Part shown: positions 10,255 to 21,029 of the stretch, in pieces
Layout: each line of letters starts with the position of its first letter
Numbering within the stretch: position 1 is the stretch's first letter
Origin: Octopus bimaculoides
Lineage: Eukaryota
Assembly: GCF_001194135.2 (NCBI RefSeq)
Contig: NC_068984.1
Coordinates: 93,365,009 to 93,413,072 of the forward strand
Direction: 5' to 3'
DNA length: 48,064 nucleotides
Position numbers and translations under genes: made by a program
The notes under the pieces: model-generated
The model's database searches: none
The model's input: the letters and a program-made list of their open reading frames with translations, nothing else
What the model was told of the DNA's origin: nothing

Positions 10255-12292
10255 TAATTTTATTGCTTTCGCAGTGTTTACCGTTTTACAAAATCAAACT
10301 AGAAAACTGGACAAAACAGAAAACAATTGAAAAAATTAAAAAGAAAAAGAGAGAAAAAAACAATTTACCACCTTAAGTTGAAAAGTTGGGGTCGCTTGGA
10401 AACCTCTCTAATAGCTATTGGCTGATTCGCTGGAACAGCCAAGCGCCCTCACGAGCCTCACTAGTTACCTCTACAAGGCAAGTTGCCAATGAAGACAGGA
10501 ATCTCGCAGTAGTGGTCCGACCCCATCAAACGTCTCGAACGCCACAGGATGGAAAATGTAGTTGGCCGACAGATCACGGTATTTCAGGATTTTGTTCTGC
10601 TCGGCCGCAGAAGCTGTAGATCTCGCCCTGACTGCAGCATCCAGGATGTGAGAAGCAAAGGAGTCGCTATCTGTAACATCCCAGATGGAAGGGATGTTAG
10701 CCCGGGCCAAGCTCTTTTTGAGTATTAGGTTCAACTCTGTATGACATGCGAAGCAACCAGCATTCAGGTGGCAAGAAAGGCCATGGAGGCCTGTGGAGTC
10801 GAGGAGCCTGCCACAATGACAGATCCAACCCATGCATACATCGGCTCCCACTCTGAGGGCAATGGAAACACACAGTTCATCCCAGCTGAGTAGGCCACCA
10901 ACATTAGCTAAAGGGATGGCATCAATCCAGTCACCTGAGTATTTGGCGCTAGCAGACAGTAAGTGGTACTCTGAAAACTGGTCTGACTGGATGAAGAGGG
11001 AGTCAAAGGTGGCCTTCAAAATTATGTTGTCCCAAGTTCCACCTTCTCAGGAGCAGACAAGCCCAATTCCCTCCAGTGTTGGAGAACTTCATCCAACTCC
11101 CTGTTGGAACAAGTCCATGCTGGAGAGGGGAGGATGTTGCTCACCTGGGTGGAGGAAAGGAAGCAGGGGCGAGAGAGGGACAAACACTTACGAAGACCAA
11201 GACCTCCAAATCGCTTGGGCAATGCAGCCTGATTGCAGGACGTTGAAGAGAGTCCAACATTGACTAAGCATTCGAATCTCTCAAAGATTAGGTTGTTGAA
11301 GCGTTGGAGGCACAATGGGAATCGAAAGATGAACTGACTCTGAGTAAATATAGAAGCTTAGGGATCAAGAGGTAATTCCTAAGTTTGAAAAAAAAACCTT
11401 CATGGGGTTCGATATCTTCAATATTTTTCAGCCACCTTCGGCTGGAAGATGGACTCAAAGGCAAGGTCAGTGATTGGAGCACCTAGAGAGCACCTAGAGA
11501 GCACCAAGCTGATGAGGGTTGGACTGTGATGGAAGGGAAGGACTTTGCAAAAGGTCAATAGTTGGTTGATGTTGAGAAGCTGGGTGGTTGAGGTTCCAGA
11601 GCTCACATTTGGAGCTGTTTATTTGAAGAGCCCGGCAACCAAGCTCCCCAACCATCATGTTAGCAATGGCGAGAACCCTGTCCGGAGGTCCTCCCAAACA
11701 CGCATCGTTGACATCCCAGACATTGAGGTCTAGCTTGACGCCCATCTTGGTGATCTCATCAATGCCCAGTGCGAACAGAGCGGGCCCAAGTGGGTTGCCC
11801 TGTTGGATTCCTGAGGCAGAGGTGATGATTTGGTCACCAAAAGAGAGATAGGAGGGCTCCTGATAAGCCTACCATGCAAGGAGGTAGAGTTGTGGGACCT
11901 TCTCTGTTACTGAGCTGAGGACAACATTGTGGCTGATGGAGTTGAAGGCATTCTTAAGGTCAAGTTTGAGGATGACCTTGGGTGACAATGAGGGCAAGTT
12001 GACATAGGCTCTGGCAGTGTGGGCAGCAGCTTCACATCCCAGTTTGGTGCCCACTCCTAGCTGGGTAGGCGAAAATCGCTCCTCCAATAAGCTAGAAACT
12101 GATTGTAAGCACACCTTTGCAGTGAGATGGCGAAGAGTGCAGCTGACCGCAATGGGGCGCAGGTCTCCATTGGGTTTGGTGAACCTGAATAATTTTGCAC
12201 CGGAGTATAGTGGGCGGATATAAGGGAGGACGTTCGCTGAAGAGAACTGGTTCACAAACTGAGTCAGATTCTCAAAGAGCTCAAATCCTGCG
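10255..12292 (-). mobile_element. CRE-clade (restriction-like endonuclease) non-LTR retrotransposon, copy 1; 5'-truncated and degraded
   Basis: Minus-strand motifs: DLRPIAV..LR.L.AK, TQLGVGTKLGCEAAAH, LKLDLKNAFN, INSSKCEL, LGAPI, QAALPKRFGGLGL, SGDWIDAIP, CHCGRLLDSTGLHGLSC, WDVT, FHPVAFET, and a terminal WLFQRIS..AI.RG-like segment at ~10395-10440. AATAAA on the minus strand at ~10258-10263. Clade assignment is by motif recognition. Confidence 0.82.
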
Positions 12293-12420
12293 TCAAATGG
12301 AAAAACCAAAATTTTGTTTGAATTTTCTTGGAAATTTTTTAATTCAAAATGACCGCAAAAAATGGTGATTTTATTTATTTTTAATTAAAATTTTACTGCA
12401 GTGCCTGTAAAAACACTGGA

Positions 12421-12775
12421 CTAGCCAATGAAAAATGCAGACGCATACTAATAATATTCGTAACAATTAAACCTGGAAAAGTAGAGGACAAGAAAAATCT
12501 CATTAACATTAGAGCTTAAAATATTGCAGCTAAAATTTAAATTTAAAATTTTTTTATTAATTCATTTAGTACAAAAAAATAAAATTAAAGTAAAACAGGA
12601 AAGGTGAAATTAATTGAATTTTTTAAAAAGTATGAAAAAGTACAAAAGAGGTACTTTTTAATTTTAGCAGCAATATTTTAAGCTCTAATTTTAAAGAGTT
12701 TTTTCTTGTCCTCTACTTTTCCAGGTTTAATTGTTAAGAATATGTTAGTATTTGTTCGCATTTTTCATTTGCTAG
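12421..12775. mobile_element. MITE/foldback with ~118-bp inverted arms
   Basis: 12421-12538 (ctagccaatgaaaaatgc...aacaattaaacctggaaaagtagaggacaagaaaa...gctaaaatt) is the reverse complement of ~12658-12775. The arms may extend weakly to ~12395 and ~12802. Confidence 0.8.
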
Positions 12776-12871
12776 TTATAGAAATTGTTTCTGTTTTCAG
12801 GCCCCATTTTCAGGGTATCTCTATTTCCAGATCTTTATATTTAAAGAATTTCTCAATCTCTTTTAGAGATA

Positions 12872-12905
12872 TACTAGCAGAGATACCCGACCTTGCTTGG
12901 GATTA
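12872..12905 (+). mobile_element. Possible Helitron-like non-autonomous 5' terminus
   Basis: actagcagagatacccgaccttgcttggg resembles the ACTAG...ACCCG-hairpin start of invertebrate non-autonomous Helitron-like repeats (recalled pattern, not verified). Confidence 0.3.
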
Positions 12906-12924
12906 AAATGGCATAGATTTTTAT

Positions 12925-13212
12925 TGCTTTACTTGTTTCATTCATGTGACTGCGGCCATGGTGGAGCACAGCCGTTGGTCGAAGAAATCAACCACAGGAT
13001 TTATTCTTTGTAAGCCTAATACTCATTCTGTCAGTGTCTTTACATGTGTTTACAGGAATGTAAACACAGCAACATCAGTTGTCAAGCAATGGTGGGGGTA
13101 CAAACACAAGACACAAGCGCACACATATACAAATATATACGACAGTCTTCTTACATTTTCCGAGTATGAAATCTACTCACAAGATTTTGGTCAGCTTGAG
13201 GCTATAGTAAGC
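12925..13212 (-). mobile_element. SINE family 2, 5'-truncated
   Basis: Reverse complement of the body and tail of the 26572-26946 copy: gactgcggccatggtggagcac, gttgtcaagc, aaatctactcacaag, ggtcagcttgaggctatagt. Confidence 0.75.
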
Positions 13213-13226
13213 ATATATATATATAT

Positions 13227-14718
13227 GCGTTCGGTGCGACTGGCTTTATTATATGGTGCCGTATTTTACAATCCTGTAAATAATAATAATGGTATTTTTA
13301 TATAAGCTTAACCCTTTCGTTACTAACCCGGCTGTAGCCGGCCGAAAAATTTTTTGGTTCATAAGACTAAGCTGTATATTTGAACCCAAATTTCGTTAGT
13401 ACATTCGTTAAAACACCTGATTTCACTTTGCAAACAGTTGAGTTATTGTCTCCCACATTGTTTGGCATGATATTTTAAATCAGTGAATTTTGGAAGAATT
13501 TTTTCCACATTTTTTGCGGCGTTAATTTTTTTCAACTTTGAAGATGGAGAGGAGTTTCATGCTATCAAGCAGTGATTCCGAATTTGAAGGTTTTTCAACA
13601 GAAGATATGGAGATATCGAAGAAAAGAATGAATGAGCTACAAAAGCACCTGGTGANNNNNNNNNNNNNNNNNNNNNNNNNNNNNNNNNNNNNNNNNNNNN
13701 NNNNNNNNNNNNNNNNNNNNNNNNNNNNNNNNNNNNNNNNNNNNNNNNNNNNNNNNNNNNNNNNNNNNNNNNNNNNNNNNNNNNNNNNNNNNNNNNNNNN
13801 NNNNNNNNNNNNNNNNNNNNNNNNNNNNNNNNNNNNNNNNNNNNNNNNNNNNNNNNNNNNNNNNNNNNNNNNNNNNNNNNNNNNNNNNNNNNNNNNNNNN
13901 NNNNNNNNNNNNNNNNNNNNNNNNNNNNNNNNNNNNNNNNNNNNNNNNNNNNNNNNNNNNNNNNNNNNNNNNNNNNNNNNNNNNNNNNNNNNNNNNNNNN
14001 NNNNNNNNNNNNNNNNNNNNNNNNNNNNNNNNNNNNNNNNNNNNNNNNNNNNNNNNNNNNNNNNNNNNNNNNNNNNNNNNNNNNNNNNNNNNNNNNNNNN
14101 NNNNNNNNNNNNNNNNNNNNNNNNNNNNNNNNNNNNNNNNNNNNNNNNNNNNNNNNNNNNNNNNNNNNNNNNNNNNNNNNNNNNNNNNNNNNNNNNNNNN
14201 NNNNNNNNNNNNNNNNNGAACTTTGAGACAAAAATTATGCAATAGAATTGATTAAGAACCCTTTCTTTAATTATGTTCCAAATATCACATTAATATGTTG
14301 ATAAATAAAAAAGTTACAGGTGTTTAATGAGGCTAGTCTAAATTCATGATTATTTTAGAATTTAATTGAAACTCATGAGGGGTGTATTTTGGTCAGAAAT
14401 ATAGTAACGAAAGGGTTAAAGCTTATGTCGTTCACCATGCAATGACTAACGAAAACAGTCTAATAATGGAGCATATAAGCCCTCGACGCAGACCCACATC
14501 CCTTTGTTAACATGACTGTGTGTGTTACCTTCAGACGCGGATAGGAAAGCCTTCTTTTTTCTGTCGAGTGCTTATATGCCTTGTTATTAGACTATTTTCC
14601 TTATTCATTGCACGGTGAACACCATAAACTTTAATCTTACATAAAAATACCATTATTATTATTATTTACAGGATTGTAAAATAGGACATCGTATAACAAA
14701 ACCATTTGCACCGAAAGC
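13227..14718. mobile_element. Foldback element flanked by (TA)n on both sides, with ~160-bp arms; left arm interrupted by a piggyBac
   Basis: Left arm = 13227-13311 plus ~14420-14495; right arm = ~14560-14718. Termini gcgttcggtgc / gcaccgaaagc. Shared core tattttacaatcctgtaaataataataatggtattttta vs its reverse complement at ~14641-14683. Confidence 0.85.
13312..14415 (+). mobile_element. piggyBac-superfamily DNA transposon, interior mostly in an N gap
   Basis: TTAA|ccctttcgttacta ... tagtaacgaaaggg|TTAA: a perfect 14-bp TIR with CCC/GGG ends and TTAA TSDs at 13308-13311 and 14416-14419. An ORF from ~13541 begins with an acidic tract (SSSDSEFEGFSTED), as in piggyBac transposase N-termini. Confidence 0.9.
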
Positions 14719-14795
14719 ATATATATATATATATATATATATATCTATATATATATATATATATATATAATTATATATATATATATATATATAAT
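14719..14795. repeat. (TA)n microsatellite
   Basis: Direct reading. Confidence 0.95.
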
Positions 14796-15302
14796 TCAAA
14801 AACATGAACAGTTTCGTAACATTGTTTACAAAATAATAGCTGATCGTTTGCGAAGGAGCGTGTCTACAGTCAACACTTGGGATTTTTGCTCTGGTNNNNN
14901 NNNNNNNNNNNNNNNNNNNNNNNNNNNNNNNNNNNNNNNNNNNNNNNNNNNNNNNNNNNNNNNNNNNNNNNNNNNNNNNNNNNNNNNNNNNNNNNNNNNN
15001 NNNNNNNNNNNNNNNNNNNNNNNNNNNNNNNNNNNNNNNNNNNNNNNNNNNNNNNNNNNNNNNNNNNNNNNNNNNNNNNNNNNNNNNNNNNNNNNNNNNN
15101 NNNNNNNNNNNNNNNNNNNNNNNNNNNNNNNNNNNNNNNNNNNNNNNNNNNNNNNNNNNNNNNNNNNNNNNNNNNNNNNNNNNNNNNNNNNNNNNNNNNN
15201 NNNNNNNNNNNNNNNNNNNNNNNNNNNNNNNNNNNNNNNNNNNNNNNNNNNNNNNNNNNNNNNNNNNNNNNNNNNNNNNNNNNNNNNNNNNNNNNNNNNN
15301 NN

Positions 15303-15342
<40 letters not shown>
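15303..15342. repeat. (CT)n microsatellite at a gap edge
   Basis: Direct reading. Confidence 0.95.
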
Positions 15343-15345
<3 letters not shown>

Positions 15346-15769
15346 CCGTCGCTAGAAGGGGACTTAACTCATGTTTGCAAATGCGCCGACTTGAAAATTG
15401 TTAGAAGTTATGGTTTAAAATTATTTTTAATGCAAAAGTTCACTTGTTAGGAAGCAAAAATAATAATAATAAATGGCCCATTCCGGGCATTTTCGACCAT
15501 GAGAAATCCATTGGTGCGACTCCCAGATTGCTATCTTGTAAGGTGTGGATTTCTATAAATGCAACACACACACACACACACACTCACAAACTCAGCTTTA
15601 CAATATGTACTGATAATCATCTGTTGGGATTAATATCTCAATTAGGTGGGGTTTTTTTTTCTTTTTTACCATGGTAGTCCTTGACAATAATAATATGTTT
15701 TTACCTTTATTATAAATAAGACAGCAAGCTGGTGGAATCATTAGCATGCTGGGCAAAATGCCAGAATTT

Positions 15770-18660
15770 TACTTAGCTTGAGATGTCTTCTCAAGCACAG
15801 CAAACCACCAGAGGTCTCAGTCCTGTGTCATCTCTGTGAGGCCCAGTATCTGAAGAGCCTTTCTCACCACTTCATCCAACGTCTTCCTAAATCTAGCCTT
15901 TCCACATATTCCCTCCACAATTAGAGATCTGATGCGCTTGCAGAAAGCTTTCTTATGTCCAGAATGTTGTTGATGATGTGGCTAACTCCTTCGCAAGAAA
16001 TCCCCAGAGTCTCAGCTATGGCTTTAGCTAAAATCTAGCACTCTTGAGAATCATGATGTGCACAATGTTGGATTTGTCCTCTGTAGTTGCACAAGCTGGC
16101 TGTCCTGGCTGGGATTCATCTGTGACCTTGAAATGACCAGTCAAAAACATTGATACCCAGATTTTCATTGTGGAGTAAGATGGGTAGCCATATTTTAAGA
16201 CTTCCTTCATCTCACCATGGATTTCTGCTGTTCCTTTGCCTTGCAAAATCCACTGTAGGAACTGCCATCATGCATTAAATCTGCAAAATATAGAAAGATA
16301 TATTGTAAAGCATCATGATTTTTTGCATATTTCCTCCGAAATAGTTGTCCTACCTTCCCTGTAAAGGTAACAGCTCTACCCTTTCATAATCCCCTTAAAG
16401 CCAGGAACTTTGCAGCACACTCTCCCCACCCCCATATATTCAGTACTAACTCTCACCTTGTTAATTGTAGTTCCACTAGATTGCAGTGTGGTACTCTGTC
16501 AGAGGTTTCTCTTAATCAACAACTGCTAGGTGCAGTGGCTTATTTCTTGCTAAGCACTTCTCTTGCAGCTCTCTCACTAAGAAGAAGGCTTCGACAATAT
16601 CTTTTTCCTGCACAAAGTCAAACTTCATTTCATCTAATAAGTTGCATTATGACTCTTTAGTGTAACTGATTCACTAGCTTTAATAACCTGATCTGTCAAC
16701 TTGATGGCAGTCATTTTTTCTATCTAGCATCCTTGTAGCAGTTGACAGTAATATACCAGATCACTATACTCATCATCAGATATGATGGGCATTACCTGAT
16801 TGACAAGCATTAGACACTTTAATTATCTTTGTAACTCTTATAAAACAGCAGCCTTCCTTGCTTCATATCCTGAATTGCTTTATAAACTAAATCTTAGTTG
16901 TCATAGGTACCATAGGGTCTACTTGGGATAGGTACTCCCTCTCTCATGCATTTTCCTTATTTAAACAGCTTTTTTGTAACAGTATGGCAATGCCTCTTTC
17001 TTTTTAACAATAGTAACAGCAAATACACCAATTTATCTATTAACACTTCTCAGCATCTCAATTTTCTGTTTCACACCATCTTGAAATCTTGAATATGTCA
17101 CTCATCTGATCTTTTACATTGCAGAACATGTACAAGCCTCTTCTTTTTTGTTTCTTCTCCAGCTTTCCTTCTTTATATTTGGTATTGCTTTCTGTTACCT
17201 CCTTTCTTCCAGTCTTCCCAAGCTTGTTTCTTGGCTTCTAAGGCTCTATCTACTTCAATGTTCTATCTCAGACTTTTTCGACCATCTTCTCCTTCTGCAT
17301 CAGCCACCCTCTTCATTTAAAATATCTTAATACCCTACCCTACCATACCATATCTTAAATGCATACCGGGTACTGATGCTGGCAATTAAAATGTTAGCTA
17401 AAATATACATTTAAAAAATTCTATTGAAGATGGCACACATTTTACATTTAAAACTATGTGTACAAGTATACAGTATTAAACTTTCAATTTTTATGAAATT
17501 GTTTACATGGTTAGAAAATGTGAAAAACACACCATATTGCTGGAATATCTTTTATTGAAATTGACAACATCAATGTGAGGAATGAGCAATTGCGCTGACT
17601 AAGTATTTCAAGCAGTTCATCTGGGTGAGCTGGTCTTTCACATACTGACCCTCATTTGACCCCTTGGCTATCACTGACCTTCTGTAATTCATTGCTGACC
17701 CATAGGGTGTCCCTTGAACCCCCTTTGGCGACCCCTGTTCTATTTCTATTTTACCTTCAGTCTGCTTGGGACCTTGAACCAACTACAAGTTTAGCTAATA
17801 GCCCCCAACTTCCAGTTTCCCTCTGTCTCTACTTCCCCCTCTTTCTTGTCATAAGCGTCAACTAGAACTTCTCTGAATCTACAAATCTCTGGCAACTCTT
17901 TTATTCATGTCTTCTACCTCCAAGTTGCCTTTTGTTTCCAAGCCTGCCCTGACTCTTACTTAAGTCACTAATGTATGTTTATGTTTTGTGGTGCATTCTT
18001 CTTCAGAGAAAGATTTGACATTTACATCAATCAACCTATCCTGTTTTCTAGTGTACTTGGCTTGTGTATTTACTACATTAATTGGTGATTAGATGGCTGG
18101 CTGGCTGGCTGGTTGGTTTCCTGAAGTTTATATACAAATGTCATTTGCATCACAGAATTCCAGGTGTCTTGATCCTTTCTCATTTATCATTCTATACTCA
18201 TAGCATGACAGAGAAGCCATCATGGTGTTCCCAACTTGTCCATCCAAATTGCTAACCATAATGACGAGGTCATCATCATTTGTTGCTGATGTAGTCAGCA
18301 GAATTGATTCATGAAGCAGTCTTTCTGTTTACATACCAATCTTGATTGTGGTGTGTTTGCAGACATAACTGTAGATGATGTTTTGTCTATGACTAGCTTA
18401 AGCTTAATTCTTTTGCATATTCTAACTCCTTAAATTAATTTGCCTATCCACTTCTCTGCTAACAATATGTCAACACCAGCTACTCCAATGCTATTACCCA
18501 CCTAGAATTTGTACTGTTCCTTGCCCATGAGGAGTCTGGTTGAGACTCCCTCCATCTTGTCTCTTGCACTCAGCAAACATTCACTCGTCTTCACTCCTGC
18601 ATTTTTATAATCACTCCTATTTACCTTTCATTGTACCAGTATTAATGGTAGTAACTCTAA
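15770..18660 (-). mobile_element. Old, fragmented RTE-clade LINE (C-terminus, N-terminal half of RT, endonuclease), interrupted by a mariner fragment
   Basis: Minus strand: KRIRSLIVEG..RKTLDEVVRK.LQILGLTEMT..LW..AVLEKT at ~15780-15950; degenerate KAI.DMK.GKAA and DEMQF-type RT segments at ~16600-16900; 18440-18660 is homologous to the endonuclease-coding DNA at 36420-36660. Confidence 0.6.
16028..16363 (-). mobile_element. mariner/Tc1 5' fragment (HTH region)
   Basis: GKGTAEIHGEMKEVL...PSYSTMKIWVSMFLTGHFKVTDESQPGQP matches the mariner N-terminal HTH pattern; possible terminus ccttccctg|ta at ~16361-16363. Confidence 0.65.
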
Positions 18661-19844
18661 CAAGAATCTGAGAAGCTAAAACTTCTTACATGATTTGCTA
18701 TTCCATCACTCATCAACACAATTTACCCCAAAGTGTTAATTTTGGAGAAACAGAAGAAAAGGACACATGGACATAGATACATTTAGAGGAAGCACATGTT
18801 ACATACATGCACTCACACTTGATGTAGAGAAATGTAGCTAGATTTTAAATGAATATTAAGATAGAGAGATCATGTGTATGGATCCTCTATTTGTATGCAC
18901 GAAGGTGAGTGGTTTTTATATAGGATCTCTGAACTTGCTCATTCCATTACATGACTTGCTTAGGGAGGGCAACACAGTCATTATAATAGGTGACTGAAAG
19001 CAAGGCTGGTTGGATGCATCATGTTGAACAAAGCATGATGTGTACTAAGGACAGCTAAAGTAGCAAATGGATGCAAATAATAATTGGGATAATTGATTAA
19101 AGTTATGATTTGTGATAATGGCATTGGCAAACAGCGGATGAAAATTTACTTACTTAACTTTAAAAATGATAGTGAAAGTAAAAGCATGTTGTTCTCTTGA
19201 AGTAAGGAAAGGAACTGAATGAAGGAGAGACTAGAGAGAGAAACAGAGAATGATTCAGATCACAGATAAACAGTGAACTTGTTTGGTTTGTTCAGAGGTG
19301 AAAATAAATTTGCTTGAGATAGTAAAATTTTGTAGAATAACTTCAGTTTTAATAGGGCAAAGTGACAAGCAAAAAAATAAATAAATAAACAAAACTACAT
19401 CTCTTCTCTGCCTCACATTTCCTGTTTGTCATGCACTATGCTTATCTCTCGCTTCCCACTCTTGTCATCACTACCCTACCCACTGTATCATTGCTATCTT
19501 GTCATCACTCCTCCTCTATATACCCAGGTTTCATTAGTCACTACGTTCATGTGAACTCTCTGCTCACTACTCATGCACCCTTGGTAATACTCTACCATCT
19601 CATTTATATTCTCATCTCCTTACCTTGAAATTATGCTCTGGCTCTCTCTCACCCTTGCACTTTTCTCACACACACACTCTCTCTCTTTCTCTTTCTCTCT
19701 CTCTCTCACTTTAAATGGCGTAATCATGTATCTCCTCCACAGCAAAACACTTGCTTCTGACCCTCACTTAGTACAGGGCTTCCTCCTCCTCCTCCAGTAC
19801 ACCCCCTCTCAAAGGATCTTTGTCTTGTGAATTAATTGATCACC

Positions 19845-20142
19845 CCACCAGTGCTGGTGCTATGTAAAAAGCTTCCAGTCCACACTGTAAAGTGGTTGGC
19901 ATTTGGAAAGACATCCAGCTGTAAAAGCCATGCCAAAGCAGACTTCACTGGTGCTGGTGCATGTAAAAAGCACACAGGCTACACTGTAAAGTGATTAGCA
20001 TTAGGAAGGACATCCAGCAGTAAAAACCATATCAAAGTAGACAATAAAACCTGGTACAACCCTCTGGCTTACCAGCTCCTGTCAAACTGTCCAACCATAC
20101 CAACATGGAAAAAAGACATTAAATAATAATGATGATGATGAT
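19845..20142 (+). repeat. Interspersed repeat 3' end (RTE 3'UTR- or SINE-tail-like): two tandem ~105-bp subunits and a (GAT)n tail
   Basis: Repeated gtgctggtgc..atgtaaaaagc...cacactgtaaagtg..ggaa.gacatccagc.gtaaaa.ccat; ends gatgatgatgat. Reverse-complement related to 37350-37690. Confidence 0.6.
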
Positions 20143-20148
20143 ATTAAA

Positions 20149-20535
20149 AGGTGCAGGTATGGCTGTGCGGTAGGAAGTTTGCTTTTCAACCACATGGTTC
20201 AGTCCCTATGTGTGGCACTTTGGGCAAGTGCCTTCTACTACAGCCTTGGGCCGACCAAAGCTGTGTGAGTGGATTTGGTAGACAAAAACTGAAAGAAGCC
20301 CATCATGTGTGTGTGTATCTTTGTGTCTGTGTTTGTCTCACCCAACCCTTAATACTTGACAACCAGTATTAGTGTGTTTATGTCCCCATAACTTAGTGGT
20401 TCAGCAAAAGAGCTGGCAGAAAAAGTACCAAGCTTTAAAAGAATAAGTACTGAGTGCAACCCATTCAACTGGAAATTCTTCAAGGCAGTGCCCTGGTATG
20501 ACTGTAGTCTAATGACTGAAAGAAGTGAAAAAAGA
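20149..20535 (+). mobile_element. SINE family 2 (tRNA-like head, CORE-like accttgggcaagt segment, internal microsatellite, CR1-like tail)
   Basis: Head tggctgtgcggtag...ggttcagtccc; gcactttgggcaagtgccttctactacagcc; tail aatgactgaaagaagtgaaaa. Confidence 0.8.
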
Positions 20536-20546
20536 AACATGTATAC

Positions 20547-20945
20547 AGGTTCAGGCATGGCTGTGTGGCAACAAGCTTGCTTCTTAACCACATGATTCCA
20601 AGTTCAGTCCCACTGCATAGCAAATTGGGCAAGTGTCTTTTACTACAGCCTTGGGTCAACCAAAGCCTTGTGAGTGGATTTGATAGAGAGAAACTGAAAA
20701 AAGACCACCAGATGTGTGTGTGTATCTTTGTGTCTGTGTTTTTCTCATGCCACCATCATTGCATGACAACTAGTGTTGGTATGTTTATGTCCCCATGACT
20801 TAGTAGTTCAACAAAAGAGGCTAGCAGAATAAGTACCCGGCTTTAAAAAAATAAATACTGGATGTAATCCATACAACTACAAATTATTCAAGGTAATGCC
20901 CCAGCATGGCTGCAGTCTAATGACTGAAACAAGCAAAATAAAAAA
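20547..20945 (+). mobile_element. SINE family 2, head-to-tail with the previous copy
   Basis: Same order of blocks; tail gccccagcatggctgcagtctaatgactgaaacaagcaaaata. Confidence 0.8.
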
Positions 20946-21029
20946 TATACATAATTGTATCAGACAGTGAGAATAAATGCTCAGCACCACCATTATGTGG
21001 TATGGATTTCTACAGTCTTTAAGTGATCC

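Noticed and set aside
18900-18912. Isolated strong donor gaag|gtgagt
   Set aside because: No upstream acceptor with a recognisable coding frame was found.
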